From positions 4,194 through 68,193 of the forward strand of contig CAMJWT010000009.1 in NCBI GenBank assembly GCA_946409545.1: a stretch of DNA of 64,000 bases. The letters are read 5' to 3'. Made by a program: the position numbers and the translations under genes. The stretch's first letter is position 1. Each line of letters opens with the position of its first letter. Shown piece by piece: positions 30,687 through 42,362 of this stretch. A model generated the notes under the pieces. It was not told the DNA's origin. It saw only the letters and a list, made by a program, of their open reading frames with translations, and ran no database searches. The DNA comes from an uncultured Clostridia bacterium (lineage in GTDB: Bacteria > Bacillota_I > Bacilli_A > RF39 > UBA660).

Positions 30687-31434
30687 TTAATTCTCCTGTC
30701 AGGATTTCATATCCATCCTTTGTTACTACTACGGTATGTTCAAAATGCGCACTTGATGAATTATCAACTGTTTCAATTGTCCATTCATCATCTAATATAC
30801 ATATTTCTCTACTACCATAAGTTAGCATTGGTTCAACTGCAATAACCATTCCTTCTTTAAGAACAGGTCCCGTATGAGGAAGACCATAGTTTGGAACATC
30901 TGGTTCTTCATGAACATCCGTTCCTACACCATGACCAACAAGTTCACGGACAACACCTAAATTATGCGCTTCCGCATAAGTTTGAATAGCATGACCGATA
31001 TCACCAATTCTTGCTCCTGGTTTTATTACACTTAAACCTTCAAATAAACTTTTTTCTGTATGTTCCATTAAATATTTACGTTCTTCTGATATTTCTCCTA
31101 CAGCATATGTCCAAGCTGAGTCTCCATGGTAACCCTTGTAGCAAGCTCCAATATCTAGTGTTATGATATCACCATTACGAAGTTTTCTATCACTTGGTAT
31201 TCCATGAACTACTTCTTGATTAATACTTGTACAAATACTAGCTGGATAATCATTGTAACCTTTAAAGGAAGGAGTACAACCTTTAGAACGAATAAATTCT
31301 TCTCCTAAACGATCAATCTCTTTAGTAGTAATTCCTTCCTTTATAAATGGTCGTAAATATTTATGAGTTTGATAGACAATATTACCAGCAACACGCAAAA
31401 GTTCAATTTCACGTTTACTTTTAATACTAATCAT
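30673..31434 (-). CDS. map: methionine aminopeptidase type I
   Basis: 253 aa. The metal ligands D..D..H..E..E sit in a conserved context (ITLDIGA...HGVG...EPM). Confidence 0.9.
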   Translation of the reverse strand: MISIKSKREIELLRVAGNIVYQTHKYLRPFIKEGITTKEIDRLGEEFIRSKGCTPSFKGYNDYPASICTSINQEVVHGIPSDRKLRNGDIITLDIGACYKGYHGDSAWTYAVGEISEERKYLMEHTEKSLFEGLSVIKPGARIGDIGHAIQTYAEAHNLGVVRELVGHGVGTDVHEEPDVPNYGLPHTGPVLKEGMVIAVEPMLTYGSREICILDDEWTIETVDNSSSAHFEHTVVVTKDGYEILTGELNGEE

Positions 31435-32077
31435 TTATTACACCCTCTATCGCTTTAATTGTTTCAGTAGGATCTACTGAATCGATACTAACTAGCGCAT
31501 TATTCTTTTTATAATATTCAACTAATGGATAAGTTTTATCAATAAATTCTTGATAGCGAACAGCAAATGATTCACTATTGTCATCACTTCTTTGATAAAG
31601 CTTTCCTCCACATTTATCGCACTTACCATCAACTTTTGGTGTATTAACACCAGTTAAAACATTGTAAGTTGCGCCACAGTTTTCGCATAAACGACGGCCT
31701 GTGATACGTTTTTCTAAGATATCTTTTGGAGTATCTAAATAAATGACAACTCCAAGATCTCTATTAACTTCTTTTAATATCTTGTCGTATTCTTCTGCTT
31801 GATTAAGATTTCTTGGAAAACCATCTAAGATATAACCATTATCTAAGTCTGGCATTCTAAGTCTTTCCCTTACAGCATCATATACAATATCATCAGAAAT
31901 AAGTTTGCCACCTTCTAAAAGTGTTGCAATTTTATTTCCAAGTTCTGTACCGCTTTTAGCAATACCTCTTAAAATATCACCTGTAGAAATATGAATGTAT
32001 CCATACTTTTCAATTAATAGCTCACTCATTGTGCCTTTACCAGCAGCAGGTGGCGCTATAAAAATGATATTTTTCAT
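31427..32077 (-). CDS. adk: adenylate kinase (Zn-lid type)
   Basis: The P-loop APPAAGKGT and the lid cysteines C..C...C..C are present. Confidence 0.92.
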   Translation of the reverse strand: MKNIIFIAPPAAGKGTMSELLIEKYGYIHISTGDILRGIAKSGTELGNKIATLLEGGKLISDDIVYDAVRERLRMPDLDNGYILDGFPRNLNQAEEYDKILKEVNRDLGVVIYLDTPKDILEKRITGRRLCENCGATYNVLTGVNTPKVDGKCDKCGGKLYQRSDDNSESFAVRYQEFIDKTYPLVEYYKKNNALVSIDSVDPTETIKAIEGVIND

Positions 32078-33345
32078 TAACGTCTACTCCTTGCTTTTTT
32101 GTAGTTTCTAGTTGCTAAACTTCCTTCTAATTGTTTATAAGTTTCAAGTGCAACACCTACAACGATTAGGATTCCTGTACCACCAATAGCACCACTGGCA
32201 GTCATTCCTGTTAACTTTTGAAGTACAATTGGAATTATTGCTAATAATATTAGTAACAATGTACCTGTTACAGTAATTCTTGATAGTACAAAACTAATAT
32301 ATTTTGATGTATCTTTTCCTGGACGAATACCAGGGATATATCCACCATTCTTTTGTAAATTATCAGCAACATCATCTGGTTTTAATTGTAAGAATGTGTA
32401 AAAATATCCAAACAAGAATATTAATACAATATAAATTACAAAACCAATTGGTTCACTATAATTTAAATATTTATTAACAAATGCTGTTAAATTTGGTTTG
32501 TTTGCAAAACTTGCTATCGTAGATGGAATACTCATTAAACTTGAAGCAAAAATTACTGGCATAACTGATGCTGTATTAAGTTTAATTGGTAAGAATGATT
32601 GTTCTCCACCATAACTTCCTGTTGTACGATTAGCATATTGTAAAGGAATTCTTCTTTCCGCTTCTTGAACATATATAACACCGATAATAATGATGAAATA
32701 CGCAAGAACAAATCCTACGAATTTTGTAATTCCTAGAGCAATTTGACCTGCTGTTCCTGAAAATACGATAAGTTCTTTAAATGCTGTAATAAAAGTTGCT
32801 GGAAGTGATGCAATAATACCAGCCATAATCATTAAGCTGACACCATTTCCAATACCTTTTTGTGTTATTTGATCACCTAGCCATAAACAGAACGCAGTAC
32901 CTGCTGTTAAGACTATAGCAACGTATAAATAACTTAAACTACTAGCATTTCCTAAGAACGCATAACTAAATGCATAACCTTGTAAGAATGAGAAACCAAT
33001 ACCTACATATCTTGTTATTTTATTTAGTTTTTGACGTCCTACTGGGCCTTCTTTTGAAAGCTCAGAAAAATATGGAACAATATCCATTTGTAATAATTGA
33101 ACAATAATGCTTGCGGTGATATATGGTGAAACACCAAGAGCTAAAATACTAAAGTTCTTTAAAGCTCCACCACCCATTGCATTAAGTAACTCTAAGAATC
33201 CTAAATTTTTAGTGATATCTTGAGTACCAGGAACTCTTAAATTAGTTCCAACAATAAAAATTAATAATGCACCTAGGGTAAAATAAATTCTTTTACGTAA
33301 GTCTTTATTAGTAGGTGCAGTTATTTGCTTTAATGTAGCAAACAT
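32077..33345 (-). CDS. secY: preprotein translocase subunit SecY
   Basis: 422 aa with 10 TMs. The plug and conserved LGVSPYITASIIVQLL are present. Confidence 0.92.
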   Translation of the reverse strand: MFATLKQITAPTNKDLRKRIYFTLGALLIFIVGTNLRVPGTQDITKNLGFLELLNAMGGGALKNFSILALGVSPYITASIIVQLLQMDIVPYFSELSKEGPVGRQKLNKITRYVGIGFSFLQGYAFSYAFLGNASSLSYLYVAIVLTAGTAFCLWLGDQITQKGIGNGVSLMIMAGIIASLPATFITAFKELIVFSGTAGQIALGITKFVGFVLAYFIIIIGVIYVQEAERRIPLQYANRTTGSYGGEQSFLPIKLNTASVMPVIFASSLMSIPSTIASFANKPNLTAFVNKYLNYSEPIGFVIYIVLIFLFGYFYTFLQLKPDDVADNLQKNGGYIPGIRPGKDTSKYISFVLSRITVTGTLLLILLAIIPIVLQKLTGMTASGAIGGTGILIVVGVALETYKQLEGSLATRNYKKARSRR

Positions 33346-33346
33346 C

Positions 33347-33790
33347 TTAGATCACCTCTAATGTACTTCCTGACTTTTCTATTTTATTAACTGCTTCTTT
33401 ACTAAATTTATTAGCTTTGATTGTTAATTTCTTTTCTAAAGTACCATTTCCTAGTACTTTTACTCCATCTAATTGATTTTTAAGTAATCCAGCTTCGTGT
33501 AAAATTTCTGGAGTTACTACTGCTCCGTCATCAAACTTATTTAAATCAGATACGTTGATAACTGCATATTTAATTTTAAATTGGGCATTAGAGAAACCTC
33601 TTTTAGGTAATCTTCTATATAATGGTAATTGTCCACCTTCGAAAGTAGCTGGAATAGATACACCACTACGAGCTTTTTGACCTTTTTCTCCTTTACCACT
33701 TGTTTTTCCTAAACCAGATCCAGGTCCACGTCCAACACGACGTCTTTCTGTTCTAGCTCCATTATTTTGCATTAATTCATTTAATTTCAT
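33347..33790 (-). CDS. rplO: 50S ribosomal protein L15
   Basis: [18 protein letters not shown] is the canonical L15. It directly abuts rpsE with no L30 gene between them. Confidence 0.9.
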   Translation of the reverse strand: MKLNELMQNNGARTERRRVGRGPGSGLGKTSGKGEKGQKARSGVSIPATFEGGQLPLYRRLPKRGFSNAQFKIKYAVINVSDLNKFDDGAVVTPEILHEAGLLKNQLDGVKVLGNGTLEKKLTIKANKFSKEAVNKIEKSGSTLEVI

Positions 33791-34299
33791 TAGCCTAAAA
33801 TCTCCTCTTTAGTTTTTCCACGTAATTCACATACATGATTTAAATCTTTAAGTGATTTAAGAGCATTCATTGTAGCAGTAGCTACATTTAATTTTGTATG
33901 TGCGCCAAGTGATTTACTTGATACATCCTTAATACCAGCAAGATCAAGTACAGCACGACAAGCACCACCAGAAATTAATCCAGCACCGGCAGGAGCAGGT
34001 TTAATAATTACACGACTTGCACTACTCTTACCTGTTGCTTCATGAGCAATTGTACGATTATCAATTAGATTTACTTTAATTAAGTTCTTGTTTGCAGATT
34101 GAATAGCTTTCTTAACTGCATCTTGAACTTCAGCTGCTTTACCAATTCCTAAGCCAACTGTTCCTTTTCTATCTCCAACAACAACACATGCTGAGAATCT
34201 TCTTTGACGTCCACCTTGTGTTACTTTAACAACACTTTTAACTTCAATTACTAATTCTTCAAGTGTTTTCTTGTTATTATCTCTTTCTCTTTTTTGCAT
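33790..34299 (-). CDS. rpsE: 30S ribosomal protein S5
   Basis: [21 protein letters not shown] is present. Confidence 0.92.
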   Translation of the reverse strand: MQKRERDNNKKTLEELVIEVKSVVKVTQGGRQRRFSACVVVGDRKGTVGLGIGKAAEVQDAVKKAIQSANKNLIKVNLIDNRTIAHEATGKSSASRVIIKPAPAGAGLISGGACRAVLDLAGIKDVSSKSLGAHTKLNVATATMNALKSLKDLNHVCELRGKTKEEILG

Positions 34300-34308
34300 A
34301 AGTGCCTC

Positions 34309-34662
34309 CTAGAATTCTAACCCGTTTTCACGAGCTGCGTCAGCTAATGCTTTAACGCGTCCATGGTATAAGTATCCACCTCTATCGAAAACAACTTTCT
34401 TAATTCCAGCTTTAGTTGCTTTCTTAGCAATACTTTCACCAACTTTTGTAGCTGCTTCAATGTTAACGTTTTTAAGCTTTAACTCTAGAGAACTAGCACT
34501 TACAAGGGTTACACCTTTACTATCATCAATTATTTGTGCATAAATGTTAGTATTTGAACGAAATACACAAAGTCTTGGACATTCAGTTGTTCCACAAACT
34601 TTATTAGTTACACGTTCATGTCTAATTTTACGAACATCATTTCTTGATTCTTTCTTAATCAT
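34309..34662 (-). CDS. rplR: 50S ribosomal protein L18
   Basis: [18 protein letters not shown] is present. Confidence 0.9.
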   Translation of the reverse strand: MIKKESRNDVRKIRHERVTNKVCGTTECPRLCVFRSNTNIYAQIIDDSKGVTLVSASSLELKLKNVNIEAATKVGESIAKKATKAGIKKVVFDRGGYLYHGRVKALADAARENGLEF

Positions 34663-34680
34663 CTTAATTCTCCTTATCTA

Positions 34681-35220
34681 CTATTTAGCAGCTTTCTTTC
34701 CTTCTTTACGACGTACATGTTCATCTTTATATCTAATACCTTTTCCTTTATAAGGTTCTGGCATTCTTACTTTACGAACATTAGCCGCAAATTCACCAAC
34801 TAATACTTTATCACAACCAGAGATTGTAATTTCTGTATTAGATGCTGCTTCTACTTTTAATCCATTAGGAACTTCCAAAATTACTGGATGACTATAACCT
34901 GCATTAATAGTTAATTTATTACCACTAACAGCAAATTTATAACCTACACCAATTATTTCAAGTTCTTTTTTGAATCCTTCTTTAACACCTTTAATTAAGT
35001 TTGTTAAATTAGCATTCATTGTACCATGAAGCATATTTACTTCATCAGTTTCAGATGTCTTAGTAAGTGTGATCTTACCATCTTTAACATCCATTTTAAT
35101 TTGTTTTGCTAACTTCATTGATAGTTCGCCTTTAGGACCTTTAACAGTTACTAAACCATTTTCTTCCTTAACTTCAACACCATCAAGAATAGTTATTACT
35201 CTGTTTCCTATACGACTCAT
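34681..35220 (-). CDS. rplF: 50S ribosomal protein L6
   Basis: MSRIGNRVITI...VKGPKGEL is present. Confidence 0.92.
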   Translation of the reverse strand: MSRIGNRVITILDGVEVKEENGLVTVKGPKGELSMKLAKQIKMDVKDGKITLTKTSETDEVNMLHGTMNANLTNLIKGVKEGFKKELEIIGVGYKFAVSGNKLTINAGYSHPVILEVPNGLKVEAASNTEITISGCDKVLVGEFAANVRKVRMPEPYKGKGIRYKDEHVRRKEGKKAAK

Positions 35221-35232
35221 GTTAAACTCCCC

Positions 35233-35631
35233 TTACCAAATATAGCAAAGAACTTCACCACCAAGGTTTTGTTTACGAGCTTCTTTATCAGTCATAACAC
35301 CATGACTTGTAGAAATAACAGCAATACCTAAACCGTTTAATACTTTAGGAATTTCTGTACTCTTAGCGTATACTCTTAAACCTGGTTTAGAGATACGTTT
35401 TAGACCTGTGATAACTCTTTCCTTATTTTTTCCATATTTTAATGTAATATCAATTGTTCCTTGAACATTGTCGTCATTTACTTTGTAATCCTCAATAAAA
35501 CCCTCATCTTTTAAGATTTTTGCAAGACTTACTTTCAAATTCGAAGCAGGTACGCTAACTTCTTGATAGCGCATTTGGTTAGCATTACGAATTCTTGTAA
35601 GCATATCTGCGATTGTATCAGTTACTACCAT
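35233..35631 (-). CDS. rpsH: 30S ribosomal protein S8
   Basis: [13 protein letters not shown] is present. Confidence 0.92.
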   Translation of the reverse strand: MVVTDTIADMLTRIRNANQMRYQEVSVPASNLKVSLAKILKDEGFIEDYKVNDDNVQGTIDITLKYGKNKERVITGLKRISKPGLRVYAKSTEIPKVLNGLGIAVISTSHGVMTDKEARKQNLGGEVLCYIW

Positions 35632-35648
35632 AAATATTTATCCTCCTT

Positions 35649-35834
35649 CTACCAGCTTGATTTTTTTACACCTGGTATTTGTCCTTTATAAGCAAGTTCA
35701 CGGAAACAAATTCTACAAATACCGAATTTACTTAATACTCCATGTGGTCTTCCACAACGAGAACATCTTGTATATTCACGAACTTTATATTTTTGTTTTC
35801 TATTTGCTTTAACAATCATACTTTTTTTAGCCAT
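35649..35834 (-). CDS. rpsZ: 30S ribosomal protein S14 (Zn-binding type Z, 61 aa)
   Basis: The zinc ribbon [10 protein letters not shown]...CRIC is present. The start is set at the ATG (MAKKSMIV) downstream of GGAGG. The ORF-track start is a TTG. Confidence 0.85.
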   Translation of the reverse strand: MAKKSMIVKANRKQKYKVREYTRCSRCGRPHGVLSKFGICRICFRELAYKGQIPGVKKSSW

Positions 35835-35852
35835 AATTTTCTTTTCCTCCAA

Positions 35853-36392
35853 TTACTTTCTGAATGGAATTCCAAGTAATGATAGAAGTTCTTGTGCTTC
35901 TTCATTAGTTTTAGCTGTTGTTACAAATACAATATCCATACCACGTACTTTAACAACATTATCAAATTCGATTTCTGAGAAAATTAATTGTTCTTTTAAA
36001 CCTAATGTATAATTTCCTCTTCCATCAAATCCTTTTGAACTAACACCACGGAAATCTCTTACACGAGGAAGACCAATAGCAATTAACTTATCTAAGAATG
36101 TATACATATTTTCACTTCTTAGAGTTACTTTACATCCAATAGCTTGTCCTTCACGTAATTTGAATCCTGCTATTGATTTATGAGCTTTAGTTATAACTGG
36201 TTTTTGACCAGTAATAAGTTCAAGTTCTGCTACTGCTGCATCTAATAATTTACTATTAGTTGTAGCATCTCCAACACCAATGTTAACAACAATTTTTTCT
36301 AACTTTGGTACTTCCATGATACTTTTATAATTATATTTTTCTTTTAAACTTGGAACTACTTCTTTTAAGTATTTTTCTTTTAGGCGGTTCAT
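35853..36392 (-). CDS. rplE: 50S ribosomal protein L5
   Basis: [17 protein letters not shown] is present. Confidence 0.92.
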   Translation of the reverse strand: MNRLKEKYLKEVVPSLKEKYNYKSIMEVPKLEKIVVNIGVGDATTNSKLLDAAVAELELITGQKPVITKAHKSIAGFKLREGQAIGCKVTLRSENMYTFLDKLIAIGLPRVRDFRGVSSKGFDGRGNYTLGLKEQLIFSEIEFDNVVKVRGMDIVFVTTAKTNEEAQELLSLLGIPFRK

Positions 36393-36410
36393 AGATTACC
36401 CTCCTTCCGA

Positions 36411-36716
36411 TTAATCAAGCTTTTCGCCTGATTTTTTTGAAATTCTAACTTTTTTATTATTCTCTATAGAATGCCCGATTCTAGTAGGTTTCTTTTCCTT
36501 TGGATCAATAATCATAACATTAGAACGATGAATTGGTGCTTCGCGTTCAACGATACCACCAGATTCTTGACCGTTACCCTTTTGATGTTTTTTAACCATA
36601 TTAACACCTTCAATGATTACACGGTTTTCATCCTTAAGTACTTTCTTAACCTTTCCTTCAGAACCTTTACAAGAACCAGCAATTACTACAACTTTATCTC
36701 CTACTTTAATTGACAT
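36411..36716 (-). CDS. rplX: 50S ribosomal protein L24
   Basis: [16 protein letters not shown] is a KOW motif. Confidence 0.9.
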   Translation of the reverse strand: MSIKVGDKVVVIAGSCKGSEGKVKKVLKDENRVIIEGVNMVKKHQKGNGQESGGIVEREAPIHRSNVMIIDPKEKKPTRIGHSIENNKKVRISKKSGEKLD

Positions 36717-36728
36717 AATTCATTCTCC

Positions 36729-37097
36729 TTATAGTACTTCTTTAGCAAGGGATACGATTTTCATGAAATCTTTTTCACGAAGTTCTCTTGCAACTGGTCC
36801 AAAAATACGTGTTCCGACTGGACTCTTATCATCTCTTATAATAACGCATGCATTGTCATCAAAACGAATTGTACTACCATCTGGTCTTCTAATTCCAAAT
36901 TTTGATCTAACAACTACAGCCTTAACAACTTTTCCTTTTTTAATGGTTCCATTTGGAGTAGCATCTTTAACAGTACCTACTACAATGTCACCAACATTTC
37001 CGAATTTAACTTTGCTTCCACCCATAACACGAATAACTAATAATTCACGTGCTCCAGAGTTATCAGCAACTTTTAAACGGCTTTCTTGTTGAATCAT
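36729..37097 (-). CDS. rplN: 50S ribosomal protein L14
   Basis: [16 protein letters not shown] is present. Confidence 0.92.
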   Translation of the reverse strand: MIQQESRLKVADNSGARELLVIRVMGGSKVKFGNVGDIVVGTVKDATPNGTIKKGKVVKAVVVRSKFGIRRPDGSTIRFDDNACVIIRDDKSPVGTRIFGPVARELREKDFMKIVSLAKEVL

Positions 37098-37121
37098 ATT
37101 TTTTCCTCCTTCATATTAGAG

Positions 37122-37379
37122 TTATAAAATAACTGCTTCTTTTACTATTTCTTTTAAATAGAAATGTTTTGTTTTTGATAATGGACGAGTTTCTACAATT
37201 CTAACTGTATCGCCCTCTTTTGCTTTGTTAGTCTCATCATGAACAGCATATTTCTTTGATGATTTAACACGTTTTCCATATAATGGATCTTTTTTATAAG
37301 TTTCAACTAAAACAGTAATAGTCTTATTGTTTTTTGCACTAACAACTTTTCCTGTTAATTCTTTGATTCTTGCTTCCAT
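37122..37379 (-). CDS. rpsQ: 30S ribosomal protein S17
   Basis: [17 protein letters not shown] is present. Confidence 0.9.
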   Translation of the reverse strand: MEARIKELTGKVVSAKNNKTITVLVETYKKDPLYGKRVKSSKKYAVHDETNKAKEGDTVRIVETRPLSKTKHFYLKEIVKEAVIL

Positions 37380-37582
37380 TATTTACTAGCCTCCTCTATC
37401 TCACGTTCACGTAAGACTGTTTTAAGTCTTGCTACTTCGTGTCTTAATTCTCTAATTCTTGAAGGTTTTTCTAATGAACCAGTAGCTTGTTGAAAACGTA
37501 AATTAAATAACTCTTCTTTAGCACTAACGATTTTTTCATTAATGTCTTTAGTGGATAATTCTCTAATTTCTTTAACCTTCAT
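37379..37582 (-). CDS. rpmC: 50S ribosomal protein L29
   Basis: [10 protein letters not shown]...LFNLRFQ is present. The internal ATG start is chosen so the gene abuts the rplP stop. Confidence 0.85.
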   Translation of the reverse strand: MKVKEIRELSTKDINEKIVSAKEELFNLRFQQATGSLEKPSRIRELRHEVARLKTVLREREIEEASK

Positions 37583-37583
37583 T

Positions 37584-38006
37584 CTATTCACCACCATTTT
37601 CTTTCGTAACAAACTTAGTCTTTATTGGTAGTTTGTGACTAGCTAGACGGAATGCTTCACGTGCTGTAGCTTCATCAACTTCTCCAATTTCAAACATAAT
37701 TTTGCCTTCTTTAACTACGGCTACCCATTCATCTACGTCTCCTTTACCTTTTCCTTGACGTACACCAATAGGTTTTGCAGTTCTTGGCATGTGTGGAAAA
37801 ATATTAATCCATACTCTTCCACCACGTTTCATATATCTTGTCATAGCAACACGGGCAGCTTCGATTTGATTTGCATTAATCCAAGCTCCTTCTTTTGCCA
37901 TAAGACCATATTCACCAAAATGTAATTCTAGATTTCCTTTTGCTTTTCCATCATAAGGTAATCTATGTACACGTCTATACTTTACTCTTGCAGGAATTAA
38001 AGCCAT
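37584..38006 (-). CDS. rplP: 50S ribosomal protein L16
   Basis: RVKYRRVHR...GRVWINIFP is present. Confidence 0.92.
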   Translation of the reverse strand: MALIPARVKYRRVHRLPYDGKAKGNLELHFGEYGLMAKEGAWINANQIEAARVAMTRYMKRGGRVWINIFPHMPRTAKPIGVRQGKGKGDVDEWVAVVKEGKIMFEIGEVDEATAREAFRLASHKLPIKTKFVTKENGGE

Positions 38007-38008
38007 AA

Positions 38009-38659
38009 TTACTTACCTCCTTCAGATTTTGTAGGAAGTATTTCACCTTTGTAAATCCAAACCTTAACTCCAATCTTACCAAATGTTGTATCTGCTTCAC
38101 TTTGTGCATAATCAACATCAGCTCTAATTGTATGAAGAGGAATAGTTCCTTCAGTGTATCCTTCACTACGTGCCATATCAGCACCACCAAGACGACCTGA
38201 TACTGAAGTTTTAATACCTTTAGCTCCAGCTTTCATTGCATTCTTAATAGCACGTTTTTGTACCATACGGAATGAAGCACGATTAGTAATTTGTTTTGCA
38301 ATACTATCTGCAACTAATTGTGCATCTAAGTCAGGTTTCTTGATATCAACGATTGAAACGAAAACATTTTCATCAACAATCTTTGATAATTCTTTCTTTA
38401 ATTTTTCGATTTCTTCTCCACCTTTACCGATTAATACACCAGGTTTAGAAGAATGAATAATTACTTCAAAACGATTTTTATTCTTTTCAATTTCGACTTT
38501 TGATATACCCTTGTCTACTAATTTCTTATTAACATATTCACGGATCTTAATATCTTTATTAAGACTATCAGCGAATTTAGAGTTAGGAGCATACCATTTA
38601 GATTCCCAGTCTTTATTGATTCCAATTCTAAGTCCTATTGGACTAACTTTTTGTCCCAT
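38009..38659 (-). CDS. rpsC: 30S ribosomal protein S3
   Basis: [14 protein letters not shown] and a KH domain are present. Confidence 0.92.
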   Translation of the reverse strand: MGQKVSPIGLRIGINKDWESKWYAPNSKFADSLNKDIKIREYVNKKLVDKGISKVEIEKNKNRFEVIIHSSKPGVLIGKGGEEIEKLKKELSKIVDENVFVSIVDIKKPDLDAQLVADSIAKQITNRASFRMVQKRAIKNAMKAGAKGIKTSVSGRLGGADMARSEGYTEGTIPLHTIRADVDYAQSEADTTFGKIGVKVWIYKGEILPTKSEGGK

Positions 38660-38670
38660 ATAATATCCTC

Positions 38671-39006
38671 CTATCTATTAGTTACAGTCACTACAATGTG
38701 ACTTGTTCTTTTATCTTTACGACCTACATGTCCACGAGAATCAAACATCATTCTCTTCATTACAGGTCCCATATCTACTCTAGCTTCTGAAACATATAAT
38801 GTCTTTTCATCCATTTTGTTGTTATTAACAGCATTAGCTATAGCAGAATCTAAAACTTTTTTAATAAGACGACTAGCCTTATTATTATAATTATTTAAAA
38901 TGATTTGTGCTTCACTAGCATCTTTTCCACGAATTAAATCAACAACAAGTCTTGCTTTAATTGGGGAAATACGAACCATTTTTGCAGTTGCTTTAGCTTC
39001 CATCAT
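38671..39006 (-). CDS. rplV: 50S ribosomal protein L22
   Basis: [16 protein letters not shown] is present. Confidence 0.9.
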   Translation of the reverse strand: MMEAKATAKMVRISPIKARLVVDLIRGKDASEAQIILNNYNNKASRLIKKVLDSAIANAVNNNKMDEKTLYVSEARVDMGPVMKRMMFDSRGHVGRKDKRTSHIVVTVTNR

Positions 39007-39014
39007 TTATCCTC

Positions 39015-39284
39015 CTACTTCTCTTGACTATTACCGTGGCCACCGAATTTACGAGTAAGTGAGAACTCACCTAATTTATGACCAACCATGTCTTCTGTTA
39101 CATATACAGGAATAAATTCTTTTCCATTATGAACAGCAAATGTATGTCCAATAAAGTCAGGATAAATTGTAGAACGGCGTGACCAAGTTTTAATAACTTC
39201 TTTTTTACCTGTTTCATTTAATGATTGAACCTTTTTAAGTAATCTTTCGAATACATAAGGTCCCTTTTTTAAACTTCTTGCCAT
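39015..39284 (-). CDS. rpsS: 30S ribosomal protein S19
   Basis: [19 protein letters not shown] is present. Confidence 0.92.
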   Translation of the reverse strand: MARSLKKGPYVFERLLKKVQSLNETGKKEVIKTWSRRSTIYPDFIGHTFAVHNGKEFIPVYVTEDMVGHKLGEFSLTRKFGGHGNSQEK

Positions 39285-39301
39285 ATTAATTATTCCTTTC
39301 C

Positions 39302-40132
39302 TTATTTACTATTACGACGACGAACGATTAATTTGTCGCTTGCTTTCTTAGTTCTTGTCTTATATCCAAGAGCTGGTTTACCCCAAGGTGTAACTGGTCC
39401 CTTACGTCCAACTGGAGCACGACCTTCACCACCACCATGTGGGTGATCATTAGGGTTCATAACAGAACCACGAACTGTAGGACGAATTCCCATATGACGA
39501 GTACGTCCAGCTTTTCCTAAAGAAACAAGTTCATGATCAGCATTTCCTACTTCACCAACTGTTGCATAACATTTTCCTAATACTTTTCTTTGTTCACCAC
39601 TTGATAAACGAACCATAACATAGTTATCTTCACGTCCTAAGATTTGTGCAGATGAACCAGCACTTCTTGCAAGTTCTCCACCTTTTAATGGACGAAGTTC
39701 AATATTATGAATTACCGTACCAACGGGAATATTCATAATTGGTAATGCATTACCAATTTTAATATCAGCGTTTTCACCACTAACAATTTCCATACCAACT
39801 TGTAAGTCTTTTGGAGCAATAATATATCTTTTTTCACCATCACGGTAATTAATTAATGCAATGTTAGCAGTTCTATTTGGATCGTATTCAATACTAGCAA
39901 CACGTCCAGGAACATCATATTTATTTCTTTTGAAATCAATAATACGATATTTTCTTTTTTCGCCACCACCTTGATGTCTTACAGTGATATGTCCTTGATT
40001 GTTACGACCACCATTTTTCTTCTTAATTACAACTAAACTTTTTTCAGGAGTAGACTTTGTAATTTCTTCATTAACTAGTGAACTCATTTGACGTCTAGCT
40101 GCAGTAACTGGTCTAAAGCTTCTAATTGCCAT
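39302..40132 (-). CDS. rplB: 50S ribosomal protein L2
   Basis: GNALPI..IPVGT..HNIE and [13 protein letters not shown] are present. Confidence 0.95.
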   Translation of the reverse strand: MAIRSFRPVTAARRQMSSLVNEEITKSTPEKSLVVIKKKNGGRNNQGHITVRHQGGGEKRKYRIIDFKRNKYDVPGRVASIEYDPNRTANIALINYRDGEKRYIIAPKDLQVGMEIVSGENADIKIGNALPIMNIPVGTVIHNIELRPLKGGELARSAGSSAQILGREDNYVMVRLSSGEQRKVLGKCYATVGEVGNADHELVSLGKAGRTRHMGIRPTVRGSVMNPNDHPHGGGEGRAPVGRKGPVTPWGKPALGYKTRTKKASDKLIVRRRNSK

Positions 40133-40146
40133 CTTTAGTCCCTCCT

Positions 40147-40428
40147 CTACTTAATTTCGATAGTCATACCTTCGGCTAATTTAACCATAGCTTTTTTATA
40201 TTTGTTAGCTAATCCAGTATAACGACCTACTCTTTTTTTCTTTGGTTTTGTATTTAATGTAGATATTTCTACAACTTTTACTTTAAATATTTTTTCAATT
40301 GCATCTTTAATTTCTGTTTTAGTAGCACGTGGATCACATAAGAATGTATAAACTCCATTTTGTTCATCAGTTCTACTTTTTTCAGTAATTAAAGGTGCTT
40401 TAATAATTTCTAAATACTTAGTATCCAT
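40147..40428 (-). CDS. rplW: 50S ribosomal protein L23
   Basis: [11 protein letters not shown] is present. Confidence 0.9.
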   Translation of the reverse strand: MDTKYLEIIKAPLITEKSRTDEQNGVYTFLCDPRATKTEIKDAIEKIFKVKVVEISTLNTKPKKKRVGRYTGLANKYKKAMVKLAEGMTIEIK

Positions 40429-41024
40429 TATTTATAAGCCTCCTCAGTCTCTTTAAGAGCCTCACGAGAGAATAGAAGAACATCTGCATTAACAATATCA
40501 AGTACATTTAATTCAGCTGGTTCCATTAATAAAACATTGCCTAAGTTACTTGATGCTAAAATAACGTTTTCAGAAAGTTCATCAAGAACGATTAATACTT
40601 TCTTATCATTTAATTCTAATTTTGTTAAAGCATTAACAAAATCTTTTGTTTTATTGCTTTCAAGTTCAAAGTTATCAACAACAACAATGTTCTTTTCCAT
40701 AGCTTTGTAACTTAAAGCACTCTTCATTGCAATTCTTCTTTCTTTACGATTTGTCTTAATTTCATAATTTCTAGGTTTTGGTCCTAATGCGATACCTCCA
40801 CCTCTCCATTGTGGAGCACGAATAGATCCTTGTCTTGCACGACCAGTACCTTTTTGTCTCCAAGGTTTACGTCCACCACCAGCAACTTCACTTCTAGTCT
40901 TAGTTGAATAAGTACCTTGACGAAGTCCAGCACGGCAAACGATAATTGCATCTGTTAATACCTTATCGTTAGGTTCAATCCCAAATACTTCTTTATTTAA
41001 TTTTAAGTCCTTAATCTTTTCCAT
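40428..41024 (-). CDS. rplD: 50S ribosomal protein L4
   Basis: KPWRQKGTGRARQGS is present. Confidence 0.92.
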   Translation of the reverse strand: MEKIKDLKLNKEVFGIEPNDKVLTDAIIVCRAGLRQGTYSTKTRSEVAGGGRKPWRQKGTGRARQGSIRAPQWRGGGIALGPKPRNYEIKTNRKERRIAMKSALSYKAMEKNIVVVDNFELESNKTKDFVNALTKLELNDKKVLIVLDELSENVILASSNLGNVLLMEPAELNVLDIVNADVLLFSREALKETEEAYK

Positions 41025-41047
41025 AACTATTTCTCCTCACAATCCTT

Positions 41048-41803
41048 TTAGTTTTGTGATTCCAAAGAAGTTTCTTCATTAGTTTCTTCTTTAACTTCTT
41101 CTACAGTTTCATTAACTTCTTCTGTAACTGGAGCTATTTCTTCATAAGAAACTAATTCCATAGGAGTATTTGATTTGCCATTAGCTTTAACTCCTGATTT
41201 AATAATAACTAAAGATTTCTTTGGACCTGGGACATTACCCTTAACTAAGATAACATTATCTTCATTCATAACTTTAACTATTTCAAGATTTTGAATAGTT
41301 ACTTGTTCGTTACCCATATGACCTGGTAACTTCTTTCCTTTTAATACATGCATTGGTAAAAGTGTTCCAAGTGAACCAACACCACGATGATATTGAGAAC
41401 CATGTCCCATAGGACCTCTTGTTTGGTTATATCTTTTAATAACACCTTGATATCCTTTACCTTTACTAATACCTGTTACGTCAACGATTTCTCCTTCAGT
41501 AAATACAGTAGCATCAAGAACTTGTCCTAATGTGTAATCGTTAACATTTACCCCTCTAAACTCTTTTAAGAAGCGCTTAGGTTCTGTATTTGCTTTTTTA
41601 GTGTGACCAATATTTGCTTTTGAAGCATTCTTTTCTTTAACTGTATGAGTAGCAACTTGAATTGCATCATAACCATCTTTTTCAGTTGTCTTAATTTGTG
41701 TAACAACATTAGGTTCAACTTCAATTACAGTTACAGGAACTAAATTACCTTCAGTAGTAAATACTTGAGTCATTCCAATCTTTCTACCTAAGATTCCTTT
41801 CAT
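41048..41803 (-). CDS. rplC: 50S ribosomal protein L3 (with about 40-aa acidic C-terminal extension)
   Basis: [15 protein letters not shown] is present. At 251 aa it is longer than the typical roughly 210 aa, and it ends in the tail [24 protein letters not shown]. Confidence 0.92.
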   Translation of the reverse strand: MKGILGRKIGMTQVFTTEGNLVPVTVIEVEPNVVTQIKTTEKDGYDAIQVATHTVKEKNASKANIGHTKKANTEPKRFLKEFRGVNVNDYTLGQVLDATVFTEGEIVDVTGISKGKGYQGVIKRYNQTRGPMGHGSQYHRGVGSLGTLLPMHVLKGKKLPGHMGNEQVTIQNLEIVKVMNEDNVILVKGNVPGPKKSLVIIKSGVKANGKSNTPMELVSYEEIAPVTEEVNETVEEVKEETNEETSLESQN

Positions 41804-41829
41804 AATTAATTTCTCCTTTTCTTATTTTC

Positions 41830-42141
41830 TTAATTTAATGTTTGGATATTGATATCAACACCACTTGGTAAATCTAAATGAGCTAAAGCATCAATGATTT
41901 CCTTACTAGGGTTCTTAATATCAATTAGTCTCTTATGAGTTCTCATTTCAAATTGCTCACGAGAGTCTTTGTATTTAAATACTGCTCTTAAGATTGTAAT
42001 CTTTTCAACTTCAGTTGGAAGTGGTACTGGACCACTAACTTCACCACCAGAACGTTTTACAGTTTCAACAATTTTAGTACAAGCTGTATCTAAAATACGA
42101 TGATCGTATGCTTTTAATTTAATACGAACTTTCTTTGCCAT
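41830..42141 (-). CDS. rpsJ: 30S ribosomal protein S10
   Basis: [14 protein letters not shown] is present. It is the first gene of the S10 operon. Confidence 0.95.
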   Translation of the reverse strand: MAKKVRIKLKAYDHRILDTACTKIVETVKRSGGEVSGPVPLPTEVEKITILRAVFKYKDSREQFEMRTHKRLIDIKNPSKEIIDALAHLDLPSGVDINIQTLN

Positions 42142-42300
42142 TTTGTGTCACTCCCTTCGTCTATATCTTGTATAGGCATGCTCCGCACAAATAACCCGAT
42201 AACCATTTAGCAACTCAACCTGGCGTATCGACAACCTTGCACATCTATGCACAACACACGTTTATCATTTTAACACGATTTTTTTGTTAAAGCAAGAACT
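42142..42300 (-). promoter_or_regulatory. S10 operon promoter and about 115-nt structured leader
   Basis: On the minus strand a -35 TTGCTT (revcomp 42290-42295) lies 17 nt from a -10 TAAAAT (revcomp 42267-42272). A locally GC-rich leader runs from 42142 to about 42260 in an otherwise AT-rich genome. Confidence 0.4.
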
Positions 42301-42335
42301 TTTTTATAAAAATTTCAATTATTTTTACGTAAAGA

Positions 42336-42362
42336 AAAAACTACTTCAAAGTAGTCTTTTTT
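42336..42362. terminator. terminator hairpin at the ispH 3' end, insulating the S10 operon promoter
   Basis: CTACT-TCAA-AGTAG flanked by AAAAAA and TCTTTTTT overlaps the ispH stop and last codons. Confidence 0.45.

Noticed and set aside
33345-33800. Searched for a hidden rpmD (L30) gene between rpsE and rplO
   Set aside because: The rplO start and rpsE stop share coordinate 33790. There is no space or alternative-frame ORF resembling L30.
36471-37092. Plus-strand ORFs antisense to rplX/rplN and rpsC (36471-36713, 36613-37092, 38154-38456)
   Set aside because: They overlap highly conserved ribosomal protein genes on the opposite strand and have no independent support.
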